From Parachlamydiaceae bacterium (GTDB lineage Bacteria > Chlamydiota > Chlamydiia > Chlamydiales > Parachlamydiaceae), in the NCBI GenBank assembly GCA_013821265.1, contig JACDHD010000005.1, forward strand, positions 236 to 64,235: 64,000 nucleotides of DNA, in the 5' to 3' direction. Below, in pieces: positions 1 through 9,846 of the stretch. The stretch's first letter is position 1. Each line of letters starts with the position of its first letter. The position numbers and the translations under genes are program-made. The notes below the pieces were generated by a model. That model had not been told where the DNA came from. It did no database searches and saw nothing but the letters and a program-made list of their open reading frames with translations.

Positions 1-22
1 CCGATGTCACAACGAACTGTGA

Positions 23-78
23 TGGGGTCGTCAAGCCGACCCCTATGAAAGCGGTGGCAAGCCACCGCACTCCAAAAA
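23..78. repeat. Hairpin-pair module (ggggtcg..cgacccc + gcggtggc-aa-gccaccgc)
   Basis: An inverted copy of the same two-hairpin unit occurs at 36106-36162. Confidence 0.8.
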
Positions 79-86
79 GAACATCT

Positions 87-2204
87 TTAAACTGCAGGAT
101 ACTTTGCTAAAATGGTCCGTGCATGATCTTTTAAATTTTGTTTGCTACTATTAAGCACCCTTTGCAACAGTTCTCTACCCTGCTCTTCTGGAATCTCAAG
201 AGCCTTAGTCTGACACCAATGCCCCAACAATAACGCCGCCTCCACCGATCCTTCTCGCGCTATTTTCATTAAATTATCGCGAAATGTGTCGTTATATTCA
301 GGATGAGTAAAACCTGTCGTGTCCTCAAGTAAAAAAGACAACTCATGCATTAATAATTGTAGACCTTTTTGGGGATCACAGGAGCCGTTCAACCCTATTA
401 TTAGCCCCCATGCAAGAAGTATTAAACCATCTGGACAACCATACTTTATACTCAAATACCAGCGCAATGTAAGCAAGTTTTGCTCTTTCTCTAAAGCCCT
501 TAAAACCAATTTGTAGACAAAGAGGGTGGCTTCAATCATTTTTGCCTCTAAGAATTGAGAAATACACTGTTCCTCTTTTTCTCTATCTAATGTCACTGCC
601 TGTTCATAAAGTCCCAAAGCCTTTTTACGATCAGCCTTTACTGCCACTCCGAACCAATAGCAATTCCCTAATGTAATTAAAGCTTTTGCAACAAATTTTT
701 TAAATTCTTGATTTTCAATTTTTAAGGCTTCTTCATACCATGAAGATTGCAACTGCAGCAGTTCAAAAATTTTTCTTCCCAAGAGCCTATCTTCGCCAAA
801 CTTCTCTTTGCTTTTAACATAGCGCTTAGGTTCTGCAGAAAATTTATCTACACGCACACGATTCATCAAATCATTTAATTCTTGAGGCTTCTCGATAAAA
901 TTTGTTTCGTAAATCCGGCTTAAAAGTTTGGGCAATCTAGCTGCCCGTTCATAGCATTCAAAGGCAGCCTGAAGATCTTTTTGAACGCCTACACCATACC
1001 AAAAGCAATTGCCTAATGTTGCCAGAGATGAAACATCGCCCTTATCTGCTAATGATCTAAGCATATCTACCAAGTGCTTTCCTAAAACTCTGCTCGCTTG
1101 ATTATCAGCCATCCGTTCAGCTCTATAAGCTATCTCTTCATCATTTTCTTTTTCTTCTGCTTCCTCAATTACTTCTTCATCTACTTTTAATAAGCACAAC
1201 AAATCGGAAGTCTTCTCACCTATACGGTATTCCCCGCATTGGTATAGTAGATATCGTTCATATGCTGTAATGAGCAAAGGTGGGACAAAAGCTTCTTTAT
1301 GTTTTTTTATTTCTGCTAGGAGTTCTCCCGGCTTCATCCCCATAAGAATAGATCCTTCCTTATCCTCATCTTCAATTTCAAGAGCCTCCTCTCCTTCTAA
1401 AAACTCGGTTAGCCACAACAGCCAAATAGTATTTGAAATACCAATATCTTCGAATTTGAGGTTAATTCCACATGCATGATTGACCCACAGCTGCACAGCC
1501 CTTGCAGGACAAGAAGGAACACTAGGGGAAGACGACATAAATGATGATGTTTCAAAGAATGGCTTAAAGAAATCAAACGATTTTAAAAAAGCAGAATGAA
1601 CAGGAACCATACCATCATAACATTGAATAAAAGTATCATGACCTTTTTGACAGACCTCTTGGAAATAAGCCTTTTGTGTTTCTCTAACACTTTCAGGCCA
1701 ATCCCCCGTAATCTCGTAATGGATACCGTCATAACTTTCGTAAGCAAAGTGAGATGCTGAGTCTTTTTTTATAGCCTCCATCATTTTTTCATTTGAATCT
1801 TTCACTTGTTCATTTTCTTGCCTAATTGAATCTAGACCCCGCTCAAAAGCTTTGTGGGCAATATTTAAGATAGCATCAGCTTCTCCCTTCAATTGGGAAT
1901 ATCCGCTAAAAAAGGCATGCAAATGATTCAACGTTTCTAATTGATTGCGCACACCTTCATGATTTCTTTTTAATGTTCCTTCGAAAAATTGTACGGTAAA
2001 AATCGCAAGTGCCTTAATGCGTTGATGCTCAGGTTTATAAAAGTTAGAAATCCAACTAAGAATCCAAAAACATCCAGATTGCTTACGCAACACCACTAAC
2101 TGTTTTGTCTGATCTTCATTAGAAACAACCTGGTATTTTGAACTACTCCTTCCTAGTTGAGAAAGCTGATCACACGTTGTTGTAAAATAATCGAGTCTAT
2201 TCAT
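87..2204 (-). CDS. Eukaryote-like BTB/POZ-like + Sel1-repeat protein (candidate effector)
   Basis: 705-aa ORF. The mid-region DTFIQCYDGMVPVHSAFLKSFDFFKPFF ... NTIWLLWLTEFLEGEEAL has the pattern of a BTB/POZ core. The C-terminal half carries Sel1-type repeats (LGNCFWYGVGVQKDLQAAFECYERAA; LGNCYWFGVAVKADRKKALGLYEQA). The N-terminal layout parallels the adjacent ORF 2207-3463. Confidence 0.6.
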   Translation of the reverse strand: MNRLDYFTTTCDQLSQLGRSSSKYQVVSNEDQTKQLVVLRKQSGCFWILSWISNFYKPEHQRIKALAIFTVQFFEGTLKRNHEGVRNQLETLNHLHAFFSGYSQLKGEADAILNIAHKAFERGLDSIRQENEQVKDSNEKMMEAIKKDSASHFAYESYDGIHYEITGDWPESVRETQKAYFQEVCQKGHDTFIQCYDGMVPVHSAFLKSFDFFKPFFETSSFMSSSPSVPSCPARAVQLWVNHACGINLKFEDIGISNTIWLLWLTEFLEGEEALEIEDEDKEGSILMGMKPGELLAEIKKHKEAFVPPLLITAYERYLLYQCGEYRIGEKTSDLLCLLKVDEEVIEEAEEKENDEEIAYRAERMADNQASRVLGKHLVDMLRSLADKGDVSSLATLGNCFWYGVGVQKDLQAAFECYERAARLPKLLSRIYETNFIEKPQELNDLMNRVRVDKFSAEPKRYVKSKEKFGEDRLLGRKIFELLQLQSSWYEEALKIENQEFKKFVAKALITLGNCYWFGVAVKADRKKALGLYEQAVTLDREKEEQCISQFLEAKMIEATLFVYKLVLRALEKEQNLLTLRWYLSIKYGCPDGLILLAWGLIIGLNGSCDPQKGLQLLMHELSFLLEDTTGFTHPEYNDTFRDNLMKIAREGSVEAALLLGHWCQTKALEIPEEQGRELLQRVLNSSKQNLKDHARTILAKYPAV

Positions 2205-2206
2205 AG

Positions 2207-3463
2207 TTATTCTAAGCCTCTCACAGACCGCTTTATACTCTTAGAATATTCTGCAAACGCCTTAAACATTCCATAGAATTTAAAAAATTGCTCTGATTTT
2301 GGGTTGCGTTTTGCCCAATCGCCCACGCTTTCGCTATCAAGAAAACTCTCCCTACCAGAATATGCTTGCTCAGCACATGCGATTTGAGAAACTTCGTAGA
2401 AATCTTTCTGCTGGCTATCTGTTAAAAAAGTACACATAGCTTTGACAATAACCTGGCCTTCTTTTGTCACGTTGGTAAAGGAAAAATCTTTTGATACATC
2501 CTTTGGATAATGAGCAATCGTCAAAAAAATAGCCTCTGAAACAATCAGTCCATCCCTAGGCACAACACTGTTTTTAAATAGACGTGCGCAACCTGTAGCA
2601 ATCCAGTCTGCATTAAGTTGAAGCGCTAAATGCCATAAGCCAATGAATTCAAAGAGGTGCAGATTACATTTATTATGACCATAAAAGACAGAACAGAATT
2701 TTTTTACAACCCTACTCTCTTCCATACAAGCAATGCTTTTTGTTGTCTCTTTTGTATCCCCTTTACTCTCCTCTTGATTCTTTTTAAGGAGGAACGAATG
2801 TAATCGGAATTCCTCCCCTTCACATGAAGCTAACACAATATCACCACTATCCTGCTTCATACCTGTGCTGTGAAGTGTATAGAAACGACACATCGATATA
2901 TTTTTTGCATAAAATTCTTTCAAATCTGCAATTCGTTTTTTCGTGCTAGCGTAGCTCCTTTCAAATGGTTCACAAAAAGGAATTTCTGTTTTATGACCTT
3001 GTTGCACAACTAAGGAACCAGCTAATTGCTTAATTTTTGGGTGATCAGGAAAACCAAAAAACCGATTTTGTGCCTCTACACTAAGACCTAGACCTGATGG
3101 GGCAAGAGATCGTATCAGTGTTTCAAGACGTGTCATCTCTGGTTGCACGTTTCGACAAATGTTGCGTCTTGCTTTAACTCGATCTCTAAAGCATTCCAGA
3201 TTTTTTAATGCCGCTGAAGAAGATAACTCTTTCTGATGCGTTTCAAACAGCTCAATTATTTCAGCAAAAATTGTTTGCACTTTGGGATCTTTGTAACAAA
3301 AAAGCCAGCGCACAAGCTTGCACAAGCAGTTGATCCCCCAAGTCTTTGGAAAAGGTCTTTGCTGGACTGTGATGCCCTCTTTTCCTTTAACCAGAAAATC
3401 TTTCGGCCCAAAGGTTGCTAGCCGTTGTGATAATGCTAAAACAGGATTTATCTCACTATTCAT
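2207..3463 (-). CDS. BTB/POZ-like domain protein, shorter paralog-like neighbour of 87-2204
   Basis: 418-aa ORF whose stop lies 2 nt upstream of the start of the next ORF. DIVLASCEGEEFRLHSFLLKK ... VVKKFCSVFYGHNKCNL ... FEFIGLWHLALQLNADWIATGCARLF fits the BTB/POZ pattern (D-V-x-L, x-F-x-x-H-x-x-x-L, then a C-x-x-F helix). Confidence 0.55.
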   Translation of the reverse strand: MNSEINPVLALSQRLATFGPKDFLVKGKEGITVQQRPFPKTWGINCLCKLVRWLFCYKDPKVQTIFAEIIELFETHQKELSSSAALKNLECFRDRVKARRNICRNVQPEMTRLETLIRSLAPSGLGLSVEAQNRFFGFPDHPKIKQLAGSLVVQQGHKTEIPFCEPFERSYASTKKRIADLKEFYAKNISMCRFYTLHSTGMKQDSGDIVLASCEGEEFRLHSFLLKKNQEESKGDTKETTKSIACMEESRVVKKFCSVFYGHNKCNLHLFEFIGLWHLALQLNADWIATGCARLFKNSVVPRDGLIVSEAIFLTIAHYPKDVSKDFSFTNVTKEGQVIVKAMCTFLTDSQQKDFYEVSQIACAEQAYSGRESFLDSESVGDWAKRNPKSEQFFKFYGMFKAFAEYSKSIKRSVRGLE

Positions 3464-3639
3464 AAAACTTCAAATTAAGTTAAACGAATAATATACATGA
3501 TATTTAGTAACAACTCAAGATTTAATTCGTTTATTCTTATTTGTTCTATTTCAACAACACTAGGGACAATAGAGACATATGAGACTTTAGAGACGTTAGG
3601 AACAAATACGCAAACTACAGTTATTTTTCCTATATGGTG

Positions 3640-3725
3640 GTAGCCAGGCCGTCCCGGCTTGGTAAAAGTCGCTAACATCATTTTAAATCAATATAAAAAC
3701 CAGACCGGGACGGTCTGGCTACCTT
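3640..3725. repeat. GC-hairpin array family (ccaggccg-tcc-cggcttgg ... ccagaccg-gga-cggtctgg)
   Basis: The same hairpin modules recur at 5281-5400, 13326-13425 and 15547-15675. Confidence 0.8.
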
Positions 3726-3765
3726 CTTGAGGTATCTGAAAGGCTGTTCTTCGAGAACCTCATTA

Positions 3766-3832
3766 TAATGGGAGTCCAGAGGGTTCATACCCTTTGGCAG
3801 GGGTTCTAAGGGGACAGAGTCCCCTTAGCCTA
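3766..3832. repeat. aaggggN-loop-Ncccctt hairpin family element
   Basis: The reverse complement matches 15236-15325 (aagggg..cccctt, ccaaaggg....ccctctggactccc). Short relatives occur at 11644-11692 and 22115-22145. Confidence 0.75.
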
Positions 3833-5198
3833 TGATCATTTTGCCGAAGGCGGTGATCATGAAGCAGGTGCGATTGTTGCAGGTGCCTGTTGCGACGATT
3901 CCTGATTCGAGGAGGGGTTGAGCGAAGACGGTGTCGACGAAGGCGTGGTCTTCTGGGGAGTAGTCTGGGATGGCATAGCGCCATTTTTTGCCTTTATTTT
4001 GGAGGGCGATTGGTTCATGTTTGCCGATTGGTACAGTGAGGGAGCGAAGGAAGTCGTCGAGGTAGTACCATTTTTTGGCTTCTAGGACTTTTAGGCTGCG
4101 TTCGATTTCGCGCATATCGCGTTCCGAGTAGACACCATTCGTTTGTTTTTCGAGGCGGGCGCTGGCATGTTTGTAGATTGTTAGAGCTTGCTCTTGCAGA
4201 GGCTGTAGCATCCATTCACACGCTTCTGGGAGGGCATTTGCCTTTTGCTTGTCTACAACGATCAGTTCTAAGTCGACAAGTTCTTTGATCAGTTGTTGTG
4301 TATAGGGAGTGCTTTTGGCTAAGAGAACCGATTTTTCCTGAATTTCTTCTAAGAGTTTAACGAGATCTTGCATGAAGCCGAAGTCTTCTGCATAAGTGCG
4401 TAGAACAGTTTCTTTGGGTCCAATCACTTGAGGCATCGTATTGCGTTTAAAGCGAAGGTAAGTGTGCCATTCGTGGATAGGGGTTACCATTTCTTCCCAA
4501 TTTTCTTCTCTTCTTTGGTAGCCGAGACAACAGACGAAGTTATATTCTAGGTGGAGCATACATTCTTCAAAATGTTCTCGCGCAAGTTTATATTTTTTAA
4601 TCAGTGTTTGGGCTGGAATTTGAAAATCGGGTGCTGCGAATACCTCGTCCATGATCGCGCGCATGATCGGATCTTCGAATTTTAGCTCTTGAAGGTAGCT
4701 TTCGTAAATTTTTGGTGTGCGTAGGCAGTTGTCGATAATTGAGGCAAAGATATTGTCGGCGGAATTGGAAATGGAATACCATTTAATGAGTTCGTGCATG
4801 GGGACTTTGCTCAAAAGACCTTGGATGAAGTCGAGTCCCGGTTCAAAGTCTTCATCAAACTTTAAAATCTGTTGTTCGTAGTACTTTCGCATCTCCTTAT
4901 CGACATGAAGAATGTCATTATCGAAGCGAATGAGTTTGCTGCGTTTAAATTTTTCGATGGCGGGTTTAAGCTTTTGAGCGGAGACCTTTAAGCTTTCGGC
5001 TAGTTGTTTAACTGGAATTGTAAGGGAATCATCTAAAACTTCCTGAAGAACATCTAAGTCAAATAGAGAGAAATCGGCCATGAGGACGCGATTTTCGATG
5101 TCTCGTTGATAATTGTAATCAGAGAGAACAATGTTATTCTTTTTATTACAAAATCCCATCATAAGAAAATCCATCCGTCGTGATTTATTGAAGTTCAA
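3825..5198 (-). CDS. Hypothetical protein (no family recognised)
   Basis: 457-aa uninterrupted ORF with ordinary amino-acid composition. Its TAA stop lies inside the first bases of a repeat hairpin (ggcTAAgggg). The start could also be the MDFLMMGF methionine. Confidence 0.5.
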   Translation of the reverse strand: MNFNKSRRMDFLMMGFCNKKNNIVLSDYNYQRDIENRVLMADFSLFDLDVLQEVLDDSLTIPVKQLAESLKVSAQKLKPAIEKFKRSKLIRFDNDILHVDKEMRKYYEQQILKFDEDFEPGLDFIQGLLSKVPMHELIKWYSISNSADNIFASIIDNCLRTPKIYESYLQELKFEDPIMRAIMDEVFAAPDFQIPAQTLIKKYKLAREHFEECMLHLEYNFVCCLGYQRREENWEEMVTPIHEWHTYLRFKRNTMPQVIGPKETVLRTYAEDFGFMQDLVKLLEEIQEKSVLLAKSTPYTQQLIKELVDLELIVVDKQKANALPEACEWMLQPLQEQALTIYKHASARLEKQTNGVYSERDMREIERSLKVLEAKKWYYLDDFLRSLTVPIGKHEPIALQNKGKKWRYAIPDYSPEDHAFVDTVFAQPLLESGIVATGTCNNRTCFMITAFGKMIIG

Positions 5199-5280
5199 TT
5201 ATACCACATTCAAAATAATTTGTCTATCAAAGAATAATCCTGTAGGGTGAAGACAAACGGACATGTTCATTATAATATGG

Positions 5281-5400
5281 AACCAGACCTCTCGGTCTGA
5301 TTTTTGACTGCCAGGCCGAGGACGGCCTGTTTTTGCAGGGCGGGACGCCCTGGTTACCTTCAGACCGAGACGGTCTGGTGAACATGTACGAAATGAGGTG
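5281..5400. repeat. GC-hairpin array family
   Basis: Serial perfect hairpins: ccagacc-tct-cggtctg, caggccg-agga-cggcctg, cagggcg-gga-cgccctg, cagaccg-aga-cggtctg. The array ends in gaacatgtacga, as at 13412. Confidence 0.85.
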
Positions 5401-5532
5401 ATCCCCGTGAGTGAAGAAACTTCCAGCAGCCCCCCGGCGAGCCACCAAAGCTTAACAGCTTTTTGCAATGCTTTAATAGAGGTGTTGGGGGAACAGGATT
5501 TATCACAATTAGAGGTTTTTGAGCTGTATTCT

Positions 5533-5599
5533 CATAACCTTAGATCGAAGACGCAATGTCAACATAAAGACTTTTGCGTCTCGATCTGTAAAGGTTATG
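5533..5599 (-). terminator. Long imperfect hairpin about 30 nt downstream of the typA stop (possible terminator or RNA-stability element)
   Basis: cataacctt-ag-atcga-a-gacgcaa ... ttgcgtc-tcgat-ctgta-aaggttatg. There is no clear U-run on either strand, so confidence is low. Confidence 0.3.
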
Positions 5600-5631
5600 A
5601 TGCGATGCTCAAAGAACTCCGCAAGTAGCTT

Positions 5632-7440
5632 TTATTTGCGCTTGCGTTCGTTTTCCGTTAGGAAACGTTTGCGCATACGAATCGCATCTGGAGTCACTTC
5701 AATGAGTTCATCGTCTTGGATGTAATCAATCGCTTGCTCTAGTGTAAAACGACGCGCAGGAATTAGAATGATGTTTTCATCACTTCCTGATGCACGTACG
5801 TTTGTGAGCTGTTTTCCTTTAACTACGTTTACGATCAAATCGTTATCGCGACTATTTTCGCCGACAACCATTCCTTCGTACACTTCTTCTCCAGGAGAAA
5901 CAAATAACGTTCCGCGATCTTGCAAGTTGAAGCAAGCATATCCGCTTGTTTTTCCACTGCAGATAGAGATTAGAACACCACGAGGACGACCAGGGATCGC
6001 ACCGCGCCAAGGAGCAAATTCTTCAAAGATAGAAGTCAATATTCCTAACCCGCGTGACATCGTAAGAAACTCGTTGCGGTATCCCATTAACCCACGTGTA
6101 GGTAATAGAAATTCCATACGGGTAATTTTGTGCTCGTTAGTATCGAGATGTTGCATCTCTCCACGACGACGTGATAGCTCTTCGATCACAGATCCAGAAA
6201 ACTCTTCAGGTACTTCGACATGAACGCGTTCAATCGGTTCATACTTTTCACCGTTAACTTGCTTAAGGATAACTTTTGGTTTTGACACGCTAAATTCATA
6301 GCCTTCTCGACGCATCGTTTCAATCAAGACAGAAAGATGTAACTCCCCTCTTCCTGCAACAGTGATCTTATCGATATCGCTTTCCGGTTCTTCAATACGA
6401 AGAGAAATGTTAGAACGCTTTTCTCTGTCTAAGCGAGTACGAATTTTGTTCATCGTCACATGCTTACCGCTGCGCCCTACAAATGGACTAGTATTCACGG
6501 TCAAATCAACGCTTAATGTAGGCTCATCAATTTTAATTGGAGGAAGCTGGACGATTTTGCGTGGATCACAAATTGTGTCCCCAATTGTCACGTCAGGAAT
6601 ACCAGATAGGCTTATAATATCACCCACACCCGCTTCTTCCATTTCAACTTTTTCTAAACCTAAATGCCCTTCAACACGTACGATAGAACAACGTGTTTGT
6701 TTACCTGTTTCATCAATATGAATCACTTGCTGCCCTTTGCGCACTGTGCCTTCTAAGATACGTCCACAAGCTTGTCTACCTACGTAGTCATCGTAACTAA
6801 TCGTTACAGCTTGCATGAGGAACGGATTCGTCACGTCTCCTGTCGGAGCAGCCACAGCAGATATAATCAACTCAAACAATGGACGCATATCGTCGCGAGC
6901 ATCGTTCATGTGTTGCATCGCAAATCCAGACAGTCCTGAAGCATAGCAATAACGGAAATCCAACTGCTCATCATTTGCACCGAGTTCGGTAAAGAGATCG
7001 AATGTTTCATTCAAGACACGATCTGGATCAGCATGTGGGCGGTCAATTTTATTTAGAACGACGATTGGCTTTAATCCCATTTTCAGAGATTTCGAAAGCA
7101 CAAAACGCGTTTGCGGCATCGGTCCTTCCTGGGCATCCACAAGAAGAAGAACGCAATCAACCATTCCAAGAACTCGCTCAACTTCACCAGAAAAGTCAGC
7201 ATGTCCAGGTGTATCGATGATATTGATTTTACAGTCGTTGAAGTATACAGAGGTGTGTTTTGCAAATATCGTGATCCCACGTTCTTTTTCCTGGTCGTTG
7301 GAATCCATCATGCGCTCTGATACTTGCTGATTGTTGCGAAAAATGTTGGATTGCTTCAACAAACTATCTAATAAGGTCGTTTTGCCATGGTCAATGTGGG
7401 CAATAATGGCAATATTACGTATGTTTTCACGGGAATGCAT
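5632..7440 (-). CDS. typA: Translational GTPase TypA/BipA
   Basis: 602 aa. GTPase motifs AIIAHIDHGKTTL (G1), DTPGHADF (G3), NKID (G4). EF-G-like domain order and a length typical of BipA. Confidence 0.95.
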   Translation of the reverse strand: MHSRENIRNIAIIAHIDHGKTTLLDSLLKQSNIFRNNQQVSERMMDSNDQEKERGITIFAKHTSVYFNDCKINIIDTPGHADFSGEVERVLGMVDCVLLLVDAQEGPMPQTRFVLSKSLKMGLKPIVVLNKIDRPHADPDRVLNETFDLFTELGANDEQLDFRYCYASGLSGFAMQHMNDARDDMRPLFELIISAVAAPTGDVTNPFLMQAVTISYDDYVGRQACGRILEGTVRKGQQVIHIDETGKQTRCSIVRVEGHLGLEKVEMEEAGVGDIISLSGIPDVTIGDTICDPRKIVQLPPIKIDEPTLSVDLTVNTSPFVGRSGKHVTMNKIRTRLDREKRSNISLRIEEPESDIDKITVAGRGELHLSVLIETMRREGYEFSVSKPKVILKQVNGEKYEPIERVHVEVPEEFSGSVIEELSRRRGEMQHLDTNEHKITRMEFLLPTRGLMGYRNEFLTMSRGLGILTSIFEEFAPWRGAIPGRPRGVLISICSGKTSGYACFNLQDRGTLFVSPGEEVYEGMVVGENSRDNDLIVNVVKGKQLTNVRASGSDENIILIPARRFTLEQAIDYIQDDELIEVTPDAIRMRKRFLTENERKRK

Positions 7441-7586
7441 AATAATTCTATCTTTTGGTTAATTTAAAACTTGTTTGTTAGATTGTATCACATCTCGTTA
7501 AAAAATTTCAATAAAATATGTTGTTTCCTCTTGTCTTTATTCACTTTTCTCGATAACATGGACCCTCTTATGACTGAGGAGGCCCT

Positions 7587-9044
7587 GTGGAAACCCCTAC
7601 CGACAATGAAAATACGGAACACGATGATCATCTAGGGAACATCCTTGAGTTCAAAACAACCCAGATTGAAGATGCCTTAAACGAAAAACTCGAACAAGCA
7701 TTTCACAATCAAACCTCTCAAATCATTCTGCACGACATTGTCAAAATTGCGATTGAACATGACCCTATTGACTTAGCCCATGCCGTCACACGACTCCCCC
7801 CATCTTCGCGCATTATTGTTTACGACAACCTTCCAGACATAAATGCAAAGATCATTTTTATGATCAATACGGGAAATAACACCCGTTCCGCTATTTTTCG
7901 GCAAATCGATGATCAAGAAATTAAACGTTTAATCGAAGGCATGCCTGCCGACGAAGCTGTGTGGGTACTTGATGACCTTTCTGATCGACGTCTCAAGCGC
8001 GTTCTAGATAGCCTTGATCCTAAAAAAGCCAGTCGCATTCGCGAATTGCAACAGCACGATCGCCATAGCGCCGGACGCTTAATGACCAACGAGTTCTTCG
8101 CATTCCCCATGACAACAACTATCGGAGAAGTCGCTTCACAGGTACGCGACAACCCAGGAATCGAACTAACTGGTCGCATCTTTGTTTTAAATGCTGATGG
8201 AGAAGTGGCAGGATTTGTTCCTGAACGCAATCTGATTGTCAATCCTCACTACCTTCCCATTCGCCAAGTGATGCGTCCCATCTTACATAAAGTGACGGCT
8301 CACACATCTCGCGATGAAGTTGTCGATTTGATTGAACGTTACAATATCTCTGGACTACCCGTCGTGGACGAAGCCGATCACCTCATCGGAGTTATCTCCT
8401 ATGAAGATGCTGTTGAGGCCATGAAAGACATCGCCGACGAAACGATTGCTAATATTGCCGGTACGGCAGAGGATTACGATGAACAGGAACAACTCTGGAA
8501 GCGCTTCCTTTGGCGTGCTCCATGGCTAGTCGTCACACTATGTGCGGGGTTAATTACCGCTACAGCGATGTCTCACTTTAGAGATCGCCTTTGGTTTGTC
8601 TTTGTTCCCTTCTTCGTGCCGCTGATTGCAGGGATGTCAGGAAACGTAGGCATTCAATGTAGTACCATTTTAGTTCGCGGGATGTCCACAGGCACGTTTT
8701 CTTTGGGGTCCATCCGCGAAGCTGCGCGTCAAGAGCTTTCCATGGGATTACTAATCGGTTCTATCTTTGGAATAGCTTGTGGAACTGTTGTTGCCGTTTT
8801 GAATTACATGGGCATGGAGCAGCTAGGATCCGATCCGCTTGCGCTAGGTACTACAGTGAGTTTTGGAGTCCTTGGAGCTTGCTTGGTTGCAACCATGTTG
8901 GGAACCTTTACTCCGTTCTTCTTTGCTCGTTTCCGCATCGACCCTGCAGTAGCTTCTGGACCACTTGTTACCGCATTTAATGACGTTCTATCCACGTTGA
9001 CATTCTTTTTAGTTGCGCGTACCGTTTACATCTTTTTTAGTTAG
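7587..9044 (+). CDS. mgtE: Magnesium transporter MgtE
   Basis: 485 aa. MgtE N-domain, tandem CBS region (ISGLPVVDEADHLIGVISYEDAV) and a C-terminal multi-TM MgtE domain (SGNVGIQ). GTG start preceded by gaggagg. Confidence 0.9.
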   Translation: METPTDNENTEHDDHLGNILEFKTTQIEDALNEKLEQAFHNQTSQIILHDIVKIAIEHDPIDLAHAVTRLPPSSRIIVYDNLPDINAKIIFMINTGNNTRSAIFRQIDDQEIKRLIEGMPADEAVWVLDDLSDRRLKRVLDSLDPKKASRIRELQQHDRHSAGRLMTNEFFAFPMTTTIGEVASQVRDNPGIELTGRIFVLNADGEVAGFVPERNLIVNPHYLPIRQVMRPILHKVTAHTSRDEVVDLIERYNISGLPVVDEADHLIGVISYEDAVEAMKDIADETIANIAGTAEDYDEQEQLWKRFLWRAPWLVVTLCAGLITATAMSHFRDRLWFVFVPFFVPLIAGMSGNVGIQCSTILVRGMSTGTFSLGSIREAARQELSMGLLIGSIFGIACGTVVAVLNYMGMEQLGSDPLALGTTVSFGVLGACLVATMLGTFTPFFFARFRIDPAVASGPLVTAFNDVLSTLTFFLVARTVYIFFS

Positions 9045-9052
9045 GACACTTC

Positions 9053-9775
9053 ATGCATAAAGATTCAGCCACAGAAAATCTTTCCTCTTCACGAATTACT
9101 GTGAAAGAATTTTTCCAGCTTTTAGGCATTAGCTTTATTGTGCAGCTGAAAAATTTTGTCGAGTTCTTGCGCGTCGCCTTTCGCTACTATAGCAACTGGA
9201 ACTTTTGCAAAATTGACTTAAGTCTTTTGCTGATCTATCTCTTCAATAGTCCCTATGGAATCAGCAAAAAGTTTCTACAGAAGCGTGGCGCAAAAGATAT
9301 CTATGCGTATGGCGAGACCCCCCTGTCTACTTGCGAAGAGATCGCTAAAAAGTGTCAGCTCTCTGCAACTGACACTCTGTTTGAATTGGGCTGTGGCCGT
9401 GGCCGCAGCAGCTTTTGGTTAAATGCCTTTGTTAAGTGCAACGTTGTCGGCATTGATTACGTTCCAGAATTCATTGCACGCGCCAATGACATCAAAGCAC
9501 GGTTTACAGTTTCCGGCGTTACATTTCGTCAGGAAGACTTTTTAGCGACAAGCTTGGATGGGGCAACAGCCATCTATTTGTATGGAACCAATCTCAGCGA
9601 TGAAGACATTGTTGCTCTGGTCAAAAGATTTGAGAAGCTTCCTGCAGGAACAAAGATCATTACGATCAGTTTTCCGTTAACAGATTACACTTCCGTTCCT
9701 TTCTTGAAGGTGATGAAGCGCTTTCCGGTTAAATTTCCTTGGGGCGAAACCGACGCCTACCTTCACATGATCTGA
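9053..9775 (+). CDS. Class I SAM-dependent methyltransferase
   Basis: 240 aa. Motif I LFELGCGRGR, followed by an acidic post-I residue (VVGIDYV). Substrate unknown. Confidence 0.7.
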   Translation: MHKDSATENLSSSRITVKEFFQLLGISFIVQLKNFVEFLRVAFRYYSNWNFCKIDLSLLLIYLFNSPYGISKKFLQKRGAKDIYAYGETPLSTCEEIAKKCQLSATDTLFELGCGRGRSSFWLNAFVKCNVVGIDYVPEFIARANDIKARFTVSGVTFRQEDFLATSLDGATAIYLYGTNLSDEDIVALVKRFEKLPAGTKIITISFPLTDYTSVPFLKVMKRFPVKFPWGETDAYLHMI

Positions 9776-9846
9776 TCATGCAGATGCAGACCCGTGAAAA
9801 AAAGCAATCTTGGATCTACTAGGATCCTGCCTATCATGTAATTTTC

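Noticed and set aside
3763-4215. Arg/Pro-rich ORFs (3763-3984, 4015-4215) and many other 60-160-aa ORFs antisense to or overlapping typA, ahcY, zwf, gyrA, gyrB, nuo genes etc.
   Set aside because: They lie inside, mostly antisense to, long well-supported CDSs. They have skewed low-complexity composition typical of off-frame translation.
5398-5628. 76-aa plus-strand ORF convergent with typA
   Set aside because: It starts at a GTG inside a hairpin-array repeat, contains the long 5533-5599 hairpin within its frame, and has no RBS or recognisable motif. It is more likely non-coding.
7441-7586. M-box (Mg2+) riboswitch upstream of mgtE
   Set aside because: The gap to the divergent typA start is only 146 nt, too short to hold promoters plus an aptamer of about 160-170 nt. 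No M-box-like conserved stretches were noticed.
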